This document shows, one piece after another, positions 11,788 through 24,985 of a stretch of 64,000 nt of DNA; positions within the stretch are counted from its first letter, which is position 1, and each line of letters begins with the position of its first letter. The notes below the pieces were generated by a model. That model did no database searches. It worked only from the letters and a program-made list of their open reading frames with translations, and was not told the DNA's origin. The DNA is from Laetmonice hystrix (Eukaryota): contig OZ249436.1 in the NCBI GenBank assembly GCA_965235115.1, positions 9,798,001-9,862,000 of the forward strand, read 5' to 3'. Made by a program: the position numbers and the translations under genes.

Positions 11788-13811
11788 TCTAGTCGGAAGC
11801 AAACACCCTCCAAGCCTGATGGTGAACCAGATGGTAGTGGCAGAATGATTACGTACTACATACTTCTTTATGCTTTCAAGTCTAGAGCTGTTGCTGTCTG
11901 CGGCATGGTTTCCGAGACAAGAAGGATTAGTGTCGGTGCAGCTACTCTATCTTAAGTTTTCAACCTCAAGGTTTCCTACCGAGAGCAATACCACATTCAA
12001 TATCTATCAGAACAAGTATTACACCTTATACAAGACCTGAAACTTGTAAAGAAAACTGCCAGTATAAATATTTAGATGATGGACTCTTATGTGGTGTGCC
12101 AGTGAGCAGTTCTTACACTATAAGAAGATACCTTATAGTGCTGAACTCAAAATGGAGGTTGAGAAAATTCAATTGATTTGAAGGTGCAGCCAGTACGACC
12201 TTTCTTTTTACGTTACCGTACATTAAAGACTTACATATCATTGTAAACATTATCACCAAAAATATTTATCACAAATAAATTACCTCATAACTACCAACAG
12301 TATTCCAGTGACTAAAATGGAAATAGCACCCTGTCATTATTACCGATACATTATTACCGGTATTTTGCCCTTGTCCTATGACCAAACCTGAGCGCCACTA
12401 GACATCATACACCTAGCACTCACCGATTCCTAGGTGACTATCGGCCCCAAATAGAAGCTGATATGGCAGCTACTGAAGCTTTCATACAGTTCCTGTGTGC
12501 ACCTAGGTATTGGTCATCATATTATTTCTGACAGAACCTTCCATCACTTCCTGAACCCTGCTTTCTGATCGATGTGTTAAGACCGCTACATATATCAACC
12601 TCCACTTCCCACCACTCTTGTGTACCTATCCAAACTAATTTCAAACTGTCTTTTTGTCACCTACGTATTTATTCGCTTTACCACTATTAACTATATTATG
12701 GTCCAATGTCGAGATTTACTTATACAATCGAACCGACCAGAACAATATCTTTAGAGGTGCCATAATTAATTAAAACTGGACTGCAAACATACAAAATGAA
12801 AGCCGCCCCCCCCCCCCCACACACACACACACATTTTGGGATCACCGCTTCAACCACCCTATTTTTGTCAAATCTGCACAAAGGTTGGTCTATTAATGTG
12901 GGTGTACACAGGTAGACTAGCCCTGGTCATGTACTAGATGGATGTGATTTGTCATGCTGCCAAACCATGAAATGTGCCAGCTAGAGGTAGTTGGCTGGAC
13001 GTCTGTTGATGTGTCAGTCACAGGTAATTGTAAGCCTAGAGTCTGGTCAGGGGCTGTCTTTCCTAATTAAAAACTCTACCCCACAAAACCCAAAGCAGTC
13101 TATAGCACCATTTAAGTCAGAGAATCATTCAAAATGTGTCCTGTGTATTGCCCTGGCCTAAACGACTCGAACATGACGTGAATTAATAACAATAGACCCC
13201 AGCACAACACGGATGCCACTCTCATGCTCAAAATGACAAGAGTTTCGTCCTTTTGTTCATTGATTCCAATGAAACATCAGATGTGACAATTAAAGTGCAA
13301 ATAACCATTACTCTTTCAATGCTTACATGTCTAGGTGACCTGTCTGCACTTCCTGACCCTGTCGCCTAAATCCCCCAATCGTTGGACAAGGTTTTAAAGC
13401 GGCCAGGTCGGAGAGGCGACAGAAACACCACATCACAGACCTTAAGTCAGCACTCAGGCCTGACAAATTGACAGGTCTCTTTTTCAAGTCCCAACTACTG
13501 ATGAAAACTGCTAATTGGGAAAGAAATCCTTGCTGTTCTAATTAACTACTAGGGTGATGTTTTCCTTTCACGTGTGAACTGCTGATGGAAGAAGCTCCTA
13601 CCCATTTGAACAGATTTATTTTTCTATCCTAACATAACATGTTGATGTCAGCCCTAAAACCCTCAGGCTAGGTTAATTAATCTTTCCTTGAAGTTTTAAA
13701 AATCTCGAAGCAAGCAAACTGTCTTGAGACAAACAAGGTCCAACCAGGAGGGCTGAAAGCAACAATTCCAAAACGAATCGTTCTGCTTCAATATGGTCTC
13801 CAGGTGGTGCC

Positions 13812-13864
13812 GACAGCAATAGATTCCTACGGACTGACAGCAATAGATTCCTACGGACTGACAG
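13812..13864. repeat. 24-bp tandem duplication
   Basis: GACAGCAATAGATTCCTACGGACT occurs twice, followed by GACAG. Confidence 0.9.
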
Positions 13865-14349
13865 ATGTACGGATAGGTACGGTTTATTGTTTGGAAACAG
13901 AATATTACTGAGATGATTCTCAGGCAGACGGCAAAAGGTTAGAATGGCTGGCAACTGTGAGGTAGAGTCAGAGCTTAAATAACCAGCCAATTATAGCATG
14001 GAAGAGCACATATACTACACTGGACTTGGATAGGAACGACTCTTTGACATTACGCCAATATTCTTCCTACATACCGATACATCTATAGTATAAGTCAAAA
14101 AAAGGATTAATATATTCAAATTTTGCTCTAAATATCTAGTTGATTCCAACATAACTTGGGATGATAGTTTTTTCGTTTTCTTGTAATACAACGAGTAAAA
14201 TGCTTCTGATTCTAATAGATGCATACTATCTGAAATTATTATTTTTAAGTAACCAGCATGTCACTTGTGTAATGAAATCGAACTACGTACTATCAATAAA
14301 CACATGATATATCTTTAACAAATTACGTACTACATTATACACTTGCTGC

Positions 14350-14677
14350 AGCTAAGCAATCTGATTGGTCCATTTGTACCATGTGACTGTCCTGAAAATA
14401 CAACAAGGAATGGTTTGCTCTGGAAACCATTGAAACAACGTCAACGTCAAATGATATGCGACAGTTTACTTAGCCCAGAACCGGCATACGTGTATAATAT
14501 AGAAAATGTTAGATGGCATTTCTTTCTCTATACAGTTTACAGGGATAATAATGGACTCTGCTTTGCCCTGTCCATTATCACTTTTCTTCATACCGTAAAC
14601 TGTATAGTGGATTCGCTGCCTTATTGTATTTTCGGGAGGGTCATGTGGTACAAATGGACCAATCTGATTGCTTAGCT
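14350..14677. mobile_element. Non-autonomous element with 38-bp imperfect inverted repeats (class uncertain)
   Basis: AGCTAAGCAATCTGATTGGTCCATTTGTACCATGTGAC (14350-14387) pairs with GTCATGTGGTACAAATGGACCAATCTGATTGCTTAGCT (14640-14677). Confidence 0.65.
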
Positions 14678-16291
14678 TTACACCTTCACTTCCTTCAAGA
14701 AGGATAGCTTCGTCTGTCTACCATTTTGGTGTTTAGGAAATACAGATTGCTCAGGGTGCAAGAAGTCGCGGGTCTCAGTTTCAAGAAAACAATCTAGAAA
14801 TCCCACCGAAACTGCAGACAACTGTTCAGTTATTTCCTAAAATGTCACTTTTGAAATTTGTTTTGAATGCCTTTCGGGGGAAGGAACCAATCTTTCACAC
14901 ATGCACTCCTGATAAAACTGTCACAGAAGACCATCTGGAAGGCACTCGGCATAACCAGCAGTTTATAACACACTGTATTGCAGTTTGTAAATAAAATCGA
15001 TGTGTTGAAAGAAATATTACTGAACCACTTTCCAAACTGTCTGAGCCCTTGAACTTTTCAAGAGAGAATCTGACCTCTATTCAAGGCCATTTACTTATTT
15101 ATAGTTTTTCGCCGTGTAGAAAACCTGCCTTTACGTTTAATCATCCCTCCTGATATGTGTTCCTGTCCAACATAAGTTTTTCAAAGTTTCCTTCTTTCAA
15201 ATAATCAAAACAAAATTCCAGCCTCTTTATTCGAGTATCACTTCACTTTTTCCAAGTAGGATGTGAGAGCAAGGAATCAAGTAAAAAGAGAAGTATTAGA
15301 GGACTGAGTTTCACCTAAACTATGTCAGCTTCCTGAGTTTAGTCTGACCCCTTAGAAACCCTTGGGCAAAGTCCAGGTTTCGGCTTCATTTCCTCACTGC
15401 TAGTATTCTCCATCCACGTCTCATGTCCATAACGACATACTCTGTTACTGAAGTTCTACAGCTCGCCCGTCTATTGAAAAATGGTAGAGCTACTGACTTC
15501 TGTTAGCTATAATACTACTAAAACATTTTTTACTTTAGCAGTCATGTTTGCGGTGAGCCACACCACCACCACTGGGTTGGGTTGGTCTTACTTCAGATGC
15601 ACATCAGTTTTTCATACTAAATCACCAAACGCCAGACTGTGTGGGCAAGCACCTCCCTGCTGCTAGGTACAGGACTACCATTCCAATAGACATCTAAGTA
15701 AAATCTGATTTGCTGTGATTGCTTGGACTGGTGCAGGGTAATATTTGCAATGCCAATAAGGTCACGGGTGTTAGGTACCTGTATGTGGGAGTTGCTGTGT
15801 GGGGTCTGAACGCCTTGGTTGGCCCAAGATGGGAGTGGGGTACGGCTTGGGTTGTGTCAGCTGGTTATATACCCTGCAGACTCCCTCTACCATACCGCCA
15901 GACTTCTACCACCCCGGATATAACCTACATCCTCCCCTCACAACATCCACCTGAAGAGGAATGTGGTTACTGCTATCCTCAAACTCCCCCCACCCTCCCC
16001 ATCATTACACCTGTCTAAGGTACACCAAGCAAACCGTAACTTACCTGGTCTTCTATTCCTAGAAAATCTATACCGGCCTAGATCAAGTACTGGGTCACGT
16101 TCGCACCTTCTTGGTCTCAGTCCCAGGTGCAACCGAAGTTTTTAAAAACGTTTGCATCGTTTTTAGAATCAAGTATACCCTCGACATCCTCAAATAATTT
16201 TACCACTATTTAAAACAGTGAACTAACTAACGCCTTTTCACTTTTGAAGATGTTTATGTACGTTCTTGCTGCTGTAGGTGAGACCAATCTG

Positions 16292-16398
16292 GGGTGCGTT
16301 TCACCACAATCGTAACCATGTCGTGCATAAAAATCCCCATTGAAAATACATCGGTGTTTACGATACGATAAGCTAACGACAAGTTGTGAAACGGACCC
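16292..16398. mobile_element. 107-bp Harbinger-like MITE, copy 1
   Basis: CTG|GGGTGCGTTTCAC...GTGAAACGGACCC|CTG with a 3-bp CWG duplication; homologous to 56555-56661. Confidence 0.85.
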
Positions 16399-16902
16399 CT
16401 GGTTTAACTCACTCTAGTTCCATTCAGTCTGTATCACCCCAGTTGTCCCAGAGGGTGATAGTCCACAGGGTAGACACTGGGTTTACCTACACTTTTTAAT
16501 TAGCTGCACTGAACTAATCCTTTATCAAATTCTGTCAAAACTATTTGATATCCCTTCCCTGCTAATCGCGTTGAAAGATACTGGCGTATCCCATACGAGC
16601 CTCACCTCTCAGATATCGTTCAGTTTGAATGTTATAACTTCATTTTTCTATACTTTTACTCATCATTCAAAAATGAAATTTGAACATGATGTTGCTGAGG
16701 GTAAAAGGTAAGTTTCTGAGGAATTTCACCTGCAGCTTATCGGCCAGCCTGTTGGGCTGACCAGATATCTTATACTGTGATGACAATTCCACCTGGCAGT
16801 GGTTTGATCTTCACTGTGTAGACGGCCTTTGATGTCAATAATTAATGCGTCAGATCACAAGCACTAGCTTAGCCACCGAGGTCTTTTATGATTTTTTTCA
16901 GC

Positions 16903-17029
16903 AGTTCCCACTGGGACCCAGAATAAAATAAGTCCCTTTTACTATTCAGTGTTCTACCTCTCTTACTGCCGTGAAGATGGCCTTAGATGCCGACACAGTG
17001 TAAAACCACCATTACTCACTCACTCACTC
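16903..17029 (+). mobile_element. SINE/LINE-type 3' tail fragment ending in (ACTC)n
   Basis: Homologous to 9911-10030 in the opposite orientation; ends in an ACTCACTCACTCACTC microsatellite tail. Confidence 0.65.
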
Positions 17030-17823
17030 CGCCTCAGGTTTTCATTATTTAAACAGGTCAGCTAAACAAGTGATGAAAGTGATGTATGTTGGTTGGCCAC
17101 CTTATTTTTATGTCCTGCCATCATTTGACAGCAGAAGGTACAGTGTGTACTATTGGAAGAGGGAGATAAAAATAAAAACCACAAACACAACAGACGTTCC
17201 CGTACACTAGCCGTACACAAAATTATTAACTATTTAACTACTTTCATGCCCTGTGATAACGATAGAACTTAGTCTTACTGGTCACTTTATCCTAATCCCA
17301 GCATGCTGCCTCTGCTTTCCTGTTATTTGTGTCATGTGTTACTTGTAAAGTCATCTGATAATGGTGTTCTTAGTTTTAATTATCTTCAACAGTGCAGTCT
17401 ATAGGTCTAACAGTCAGAGCTCGGGCATGCAAACTTTAATCTGCAAAATATTTGAAAGTCCCTACATTTTCTTCTAATTACATTACTTACAATCTTTAAT
17501 TTTATGTAAACAGAAAAATAAATCATTAGATTAAAAGTGGTAGATTGCTTTCCAAACCAACCCTATGGCTAAATGTATACCCAATCACTTTACATAATAT
17601 GCCGACACAAATGACAAACCAAGTTCCTCTCCCAACTCTAATTTCGGACCTTCAGGCCAAAACATTGAGACATTTCAGTTCAACATTAAACCTCGGCACT
17701 TCACAAGCACTTTGTTATTCAATATTGGTAAAAGACAAAACAGAGGCCAAACCTAGCCTGGGGTGATATGGAGAACTGTGCTGTAGACTTGGTAGAAGCA
17801 ATGAGCCAGCTGAGGCAGCTTAC

Positions 17824-17934
17824 CTCGGTGGTTTGCACTCCGAGCCACATTGGCAAGCGCCGTGCTCGCTGGGTTAACTACTGGGTCTATGGGCGGCGTG
17901 TACCCGAGAGATACGCCCATGCCAGACCTCTCCG
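17824..17934 (-). CDS. Symmetric 111-nt exon of the SAM-domain gene ((A)ERSGMGVSLGYTPPIDPVVNPASTALANVARSANHR(G))
   Basis: Strong acceptor TTTTGTTTTTGTTCCTTCCAG|, donor GAG|GTAAAG, phase 1 to 1, open in the required frame and GC-richer than the flanks. Confidence 0.7.
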
Positions 17935-18701
17935 CTGGAAGGAACAAAAACAAAATTCTCATGCACTACAAGCCAGACTCAAAATAAAGGTCAGTAACCT
18001 GGAAAAAGGGTTGAGGTAGAATATTAAGACTGTGATGTGAGAGAAAAAAAGAAAATAACAAACATATAGACATAAAGATCCACACAATCACACGCTCACC
18101 CCTGCATGTATGCACGAACACACTCATAAAGCCACACCCACACACTGAGGCCCAGTCACTCCCCCACCCACACCCACACACACTGACATAGCGTGAATAA
18201 GCCTCTAATGAAGGTACAACATGCTTCTGGATGGATGTCAAATGATCTACCGGTAATTACCAGTCAGTCAGCAAGTTACCAAGACACGGTTGCTTAGAAT
18301 AGTTTCACAACAAATCAAATTAAAAGCCTCCTAGGTTAAATCAAAAAGATAAATACACCGTTTTACCAATCTAGTTGATTCACCAATCATTATTGCCAAT
18401 CATACTTGCCATCTTGGTCTTAGGGGCATTATTTATGATAACCAGACTAACAGTAAAAAATAACAGATTAATCCAGACCTTGGATCACACCTGCATACAA
18501 TATCATCGCAATAACAATTACCCTTAACCTCTGCCCAAAGGTCAGCAAAGCTCTTAGCATGCCTAAAGAAACCAACAGTTCAAATTATAAGATTTTGGCA
18601 ACCTCTATGCCAGTGCCTGCCGGTCAGAAATGGGCCAGGGTTCCTTGCCATACTTGTTGGAAAGTTTCCTAATTACTTGAAAAAAAATAATGAGCCTTTA
18701 A

Positions 18702-19668
18702 GGTCTTGGCACAGAAAGTATACGTTACTAAAAATTGTTTCAAATTTCGAGATGGAAAACCAAGCTATAAAACAGAGTTCGCTTGAATCGAATTTATTTG
18801 CACGGTCTCAAGAATACGCAACAATGAATCCTCATGTGTGTCACTTTCTGACATACACACACGTGCGCATAAGGCTGAGTTCACATAGGAGTATACGGCA
18901 CGGGTATACGGTGCACGTTTTGCAGGGCACGCGAATAGCTTAAATCGTACAATAGGATCTTATAATACCGGGTCACATCAGAGGGCACTATTCGAAAAGG
19001 CGTATAGTATAGTATAGTGGGAATCGTGCGTGTTCGATTTTAGTGCAGCGTATACCTTGGGGTGCCTGTGTTTAAAAGTTCAGCATTTACACATTTCTTG
19101 ATATTTTTTTACAAAATTTTCAGATCTAAGGGCCGATATATAGGGGTATTGACTTTGAAAATTTCAAAGAAATCAGTTCAAGGGGAGGGGCAGGGGGGCA
19201 CCTTTCAATGCATGTCGGGAATTAAGACACTGGCGGGCATGACTCGCCATGCCCGTATAGCGTATAGCGAATACCGAATAGCGAATACCGTATACCGTAT
19301 ACTCCTATGTGAACTCAGCCTAAAGACAGATATGAGCTGTCAAAAGTCTGTAAGAGGAGCCATGTGTGTTACGAGGTTTCTAATTGTACCTTGTTGACTT
19401 TGGCAGAGGCCCAGACCCAACTGAAATTGCAAGGTAACATAACGTGTTGTGAGATGTGTTATCCTCAGTTATTGAGCGACTGGCAGGTATCAGAGCATAG
19501 CTGAACCAGTCCGTTCAACAATACACCTCTATATTAGGGAGTCACAAAATACGGGTTGCAGCCAACCGTAGCACACCGCCATATTTCACATATTTTGAGT
19601 CATTTAACCACGCGTGAAAGATGACTCTAAATCTGTCCTCATGAAGTCGGTTTACTGTGCCAAAGATC
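18702..19668. mobile_element. Older Kolobok-like non-autonomous element hosting a nested insertion
   Basis: TTAA|GGTCTTGGCACAG on the left and a degenerate inverse CTGTGCCAAAGATC|TTTT on the right. Confidence 0.5.
18873..19320. mobile_element. PIF/Harbinger-like MITE
   Basis: Perfect 26-bp TIRs GGCTGAGTTCACATAGGAGTATACGG / CCGTATACTCCTATGTGAACTCAGCC with TAA on both sides. Confidence 0.9.
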
Positions 19669-22600
19669 TTTTATCATTTACATCTCTACTTCCGATCAAG
19701 GCCTTGCGCATTCAAGTCTTTACACCAAGTTTTAAACAATTTCACACACTTCATAACCAAAGGTTTTTCCAGGTCAAATGGGACAACTGGAGAATTTTTG
19801 TTTCTTCACTACCAGGGTACATGCAGATTTCTGTTTGAAAAATTTTACCGGTATTCACATACCATACATTTCAACGTGTGAAACCAATGAATGTGCGGCA
19901 AAAAATTTATGCAAAAATTATTTTGCACAGCCATCACGGCACTATGACCTCGGAAATAAAGCACTGACTTTCTGCTGCTGTAAGTGAAACTTGTTACAAT
20001 AAAAAAATCGAGCTGAAGGTCAGTTTGTGGTGTCTGTGGCTACCATTTAACAGAAAATCATAAACAATCAAATAAGCAATATTTAATGGGTAATATTTGT
20101 TTACCAGAATTTGTTTTCAAAAGAAAGAATACGGGCTGATAGGACAAAAGGTTTATACTTAGCTAGAACACTGCCCACAAAAAAAGAAAGAAAGAAAAAC
20201 GGGGGGTAATATGCAATGGTATCATTGGCACAGGAAATTTGAAATATTCATACATGTGTAGTTTTTAAATCTTTCAGTTTCCATTGAAATGAATTCTTTC
20301 CATATTTGTCCTGCCAATCGCAGCGAGGGAAAATACAAAACAAATCATAGCACTGGGAAGATCTGCAGGCCAAATAATCACGGTCCACCAAACTGTTCAA
20401 CTAAAAATTAAATTAAAGAATCTAAAGATATATGTGTCTCGACGTCTTCATTGGTTTGTCTATCACCTAAATTACGAGAGCCAAAACAAAATCAATAGAG
20501 AGTAGACTTGGGTGCCAGTCTACAGAACTGACCTCCAGTCAGCTTCGACCAATAATCAATACTCAATAGCTAATCACTATGCCACCATAAGGGCTACCAT
20601 CAGCTTGTGCTTTCTGCTCAAATCTATGGTTGTATGATTTACTCGTTCGAACTCAGTAATGCAGCAAGGAATTGTTTTACTCTACACTGACCTGCAAATT
20701 AAAAAGGAAATTTCAAATAACGGGTCCCCACACTAGTGTTAGTCCACTGCCAGTCAACACGAGCTTTTCACAGCCGTATTATACCGTATTAACCCTTTTT
20801 TAACACTTGCATTGGGAAAAATTTATATTAGCAGTGACATGCATTCAATGGCCCATCAGACGAATAGCTAACGTTTCTATGGTCACTGCTGTGCTATTCA
20901 ACTACCGGGTATGTCGAAACCTACACTGGTTGTTTTTCCGTCACCTACAGTGACTCGACAGGGGGGGGGGGTGTTTTTTGTCTCTGTATTCAGGAATTCT
21001 GCTTACAGACGACAGACTAATCGTCCTTCAATGATGTTGACCATACCTCCATATCTTCATTTCCAATCCAATTTGTCGTATTTGCATTTTAATCGGATTT
21101 ATATATTGATTCAAATGCCAGAATAATTTCCTCCTAGTCCCGAGTCTGAAATTCATCAAGACGCCGTTCGTTAATTAATATTTATGAATCACTCAGTGTT
21201 CCTTTTTGTAATGGTAATGGACGTATTGCTTATCAATCATTGCCTGACAGGGTAACAGCACCTAGGATCTCATAGATAAGCAATATTTCTGCCGTCTGAC
21301 TGAGCCAGTGGCACTTCTGTCCATTTCAGTAACTGATTCATTTAACCTTTTCAGGTCCATCCCTGCCAGGATACAACGTATCAAAAGCCACAGTACTTCA
21401 TGCCTCGACCTACTATTATAAGCTCACCAGTTACCTAAGTTAACTGTTCTTATTTTCAATTCTAGGTGACACCAATATATCTCCGGCAGGTGTTCGCAGG
21501 AAATGGCTTTCCAAATAAGCATCTAAGCATCTCCATAATCTGCTGCCAGCTGCCCCGGCCTGGGCCTGGACATCAGTTTTCCAGCCGGCATAATCAGCGG
21601 CCATGCATTATGAAGCATCCTGCAGGGACAGCCACAGATTTACAGCAAGCCCTAATGACGCATAATGACCAGATTCGGGCTCTGCCGTCAAGACGAGTGC
21701 CCCACTGCCTAACGCCTCAGTCTCCACCCCCAGAAACGAGTTAATTAGGTCTTGTCTGAAGGCTGCCACTGGCAGCATCACGGAAACTCTTCCTACCTAA
21801 CCCTTACTCCTGCCATCAACACAATACTGGCGTGTCATTGTATGCGTCAAGGTCACTGTCCTCACCGTAATATTATTATATCATATCTTGATTATCAACA
21901 TCACAGTCGTATAGCAGGAGGTCTTTAAATTTCAATGACCTTTCAGCACCCCTACTCCCTAGCGGCCACTGACTAAACCTTATTTCTACCTACTACATGG
22001 CCAACTTCAGATGTGACACTGTCACAGGTAGAGATTCTGAATGCTGACATCAGGTTTCCATTAGCGTCATGTGGGAACAGCCACCTGTTGTATAACAAAG
22101 GAACAAAGTGTGTGAATGATGAGCAACGACTGTCGACAACTGTAGCTAACCGTAAACAATATAAAAAGAACAGTAAATAACATTGAAAGGACGGGACATT
22201 CTGATAACTTTGACAGTTGCCATGATATGTTCACCCGGAGAGTGGCAGGGCAACACTCCTAATGATTAACCAAACTCATAATTTACTTAATTTCAGATCA
22301 GATTAACATGGTTAATATACTGGTAATCATAACCAACTTCAGTTCTTCACAGAAAATTTAAATCTATGCTGGAAAATAAATAGCCCAGAATGAGTGATGA
22401 CAGATTTCTTCAGTTCATGCAGAGCTTTTAATAAATTTCACACATTAATTTATTAAAAATCAGGTTCTGGGCTGACATTACGTTTCCAATGAATACAATT
22501 TTGGTACCTACAGTAATGTACTACTAATTACTACCTTATTTGGTAAATAATGCCCGTAAAGGCAACACATCCTAATCCTATCTTTCCCTAACGTTGCACT

Positions 22601-24778
22601 CCGACTGAGACTAGCATTCCTGACACAGATCGTCAACCATTGCCACCGTAAATTATCATATTGTTTGTCATCGGTATTATGTAACTAAACCTAGTTGGTG
22701 TCTCACAAGTGCTTCCTCTTGTAATGGATTCCATCTCTCAGTATATGAGCCACCATAGTGTTACTGTCAGGCTTTGGGCGGCATAAACAATATTTGGCAC
22801 TTTCTTTTCAGTCGGTCACGCAATGGGAAATACTATTGGAGATTTTTTTTATTAAAAAAAACTTTCAGAAAAGGGCTTTCAGAAAAAAAAGAAGCCCCCC
22901 CCCCCCAGCCCCCTGCTTCCGCGGTCCCTGCCAGTTATGAGCGTCGGTATGTTACATGCTTGGCGGTCATCAAGGTACCCCACCGCTGTCTGTTTCCCCT
23001 GAATCAGGCTAAAACACCCCCACATCTCGGTTTCAGGTCTGCAGCAGTGGGAGCTGATTACATGTGCACTGCTTGTTTGTACCAGCTCCGGGTGTGGCTT
23101 TTCAGGTCCCTCCCGGTGATGCCATCACTATCGCTGACCAGCCAGGCTGTCCACCTGCGCCACTGTCATCCTCTTAGTATTCGGGGCCTAAGCGATGCCA
23201 GGAAAACCCCTTCTGGCTGCCACAGCCTCCTGGCCTTATTAAGCACCCCTCGACCGGCTGACTTATCAGAGTGTTGGCTAGCCTCGGCTACATTGTCCAG
23301 CAGGTGATAGAGGCCAAAAACTGGCTTCATTCGTCAAGTCATAATCCTTCGTTTAAGAATAACCCCTCTGAAGTGCCTTCGCTTCCCCCTGCTGCCACTG
23401 ACAGCCCCACAGTCCCTAATGATGTCTCAAGAGGTCTGTAGGTGACTGGTCAACGTACGCCAGGCCGCGCTGAGGAGGACCTGGACAGAACCAGTGGCTC
23501 TGTTGGATCCCAATAACATCTCCTTGCCATCTGTCATGATTTTTAACGTCCAGGGCCACGAGGAAAACATCTTTGCATTCCATGCAAATGTCTGTACCAC
23601 TCCAAACTGTTGCAGAGAAGGCCCTCCTGCATCCAAACCAACAGCAGTGCAGCATCTGCAACGCCTGTGTCTCAGCTACGTCATTCACCAAACAAAAACA
23701 CATGCGGCTACAAATCCTGGATTTTCTGTCGGATTTTTTCATTCCAGATCCCAACTCAATGTGGACAATTTATCCTGCCCTAAAGGCAATCCAAGACATA
23801 AAGCCCAAACAGACATGTTATCTCTAAGGTGAATCTAAGCGATGGCAGACACGGCAGCCGTTCCCATGGATAATTTCAGCCATGTTCACGAGTCTGCCTC
23901 GAATAATCAAACTTTGCATCTCTAATGAGGGCATATCTGTATTCAACTAACAGCTCCCTGTTTTTTTTAACCTGCAGGTTAAACTATTTCAACAAAAACG
24001 AAATAGGAGGTGAAAAACGTTACAAACGATCAATAATTCCACCACAGTTCAAGAGCCTGAAGGTTAACGTAAATGCCTTTTAATATGCTTTGTACTGGTG
24101 GCTCTTACAAAATCATCACGATGGCATAATGCATCATGGCATTGGTTCAATTTTAGTTTCCGTACCATGGCACACTGCCTACCCGACACCCCTCTCTGTC
24201 ATAGTGAGCACTGCGAACTGTACACAGCACAGCTGCATACTTTTTTCAAAAGCAACATCTACTTGAGGAGGGCATGTATACGAGATCCACACCACTAAAT
24301 AGACCCTTCCCATGCTGATGTCTTCTAGTTCCACTGGCCTAGATTTACTTTTACTAATAATAAGATCTGGCACCATCTGTATTTTGGAACTCTAATTTCG
24401 ATAAGAAAGATTAAAATAAGAGTTAATCTTCCAGGTACAAATTTTCCGTGATAATCTTATCTTACTGTTTAGGAAATAACTGTATTCTGTTTTTATTCGT
24501 CTTTCCTCAGTGCCTCTGGTAGTTGTTAGTGAAAGCAACTTGGAGGAGAAAATGGAAGATGGAGACGGGAGTTAGGAGAGTCAGGAGTAGGGGTAGATGG
24601 GGGATGCTGGGAGTGTGTGGGGTGTCACTGTCAGTGTGGGTTAGGCCTGGTCTCTGGCCAGGCTGCAATCAGCATGAATCATGACTTGATGCTCTGGCTG
24701 TCTCACTGGCTGCTGCTGGTGGTTGGGCTGATCTGGATCTCTCAGTGCTCTTCAGTCGCTGGCCGGCTGAAGCTGAGC

Positions 24779-24788
24779 GCTGCTGCTG

Positions 24789-24874
<86 letters not shown>

Positions 24875-24883
24875 GCTGCTGCT
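24779..24883. repeat. (CTG/CAG)n tract of about 35 triplets with few interruptions
   Basis: Directly visible in the sequence. Confidence 0.97.
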
Positions 24884-24950
24884 ATTAGCTGATAAGTCAG
24901 TCAGCGCCTCTCTCTGCTCTGATAGAAGCAACTGAGACCAAACCCTACAT

Positions 24951-24985
24951 AGATGAACGCTGTGGGCCATACTGGGTTATTTATA
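24951..24985 (-). promoter_or_regulatory. Candidate TATA + Inr core promoter
   Basis: Minus-strand TATAAATA at 24985-24978 with an Inr-like TCATCT whose A is at 24954, 31 nt downstream. Confidence 0.35.

Noticed and set aside
13103..13122. TAGCACCATTT resembling the 5' end of miR-29
   Set aside because: The 3' part diverges and I could not see a complementary precursor arm.
22774..23832. Overlapping ORFs up to 177 aa
   Set aside because: No domain similarity or exon signals; one begins within a repeat remnant.
24617..24970. Poly-Ala and poly-Ser ORFs
   Set aside because: They arise from the CTG/CAG tract; there is no frame-consistent splice support and no recognisable protein.
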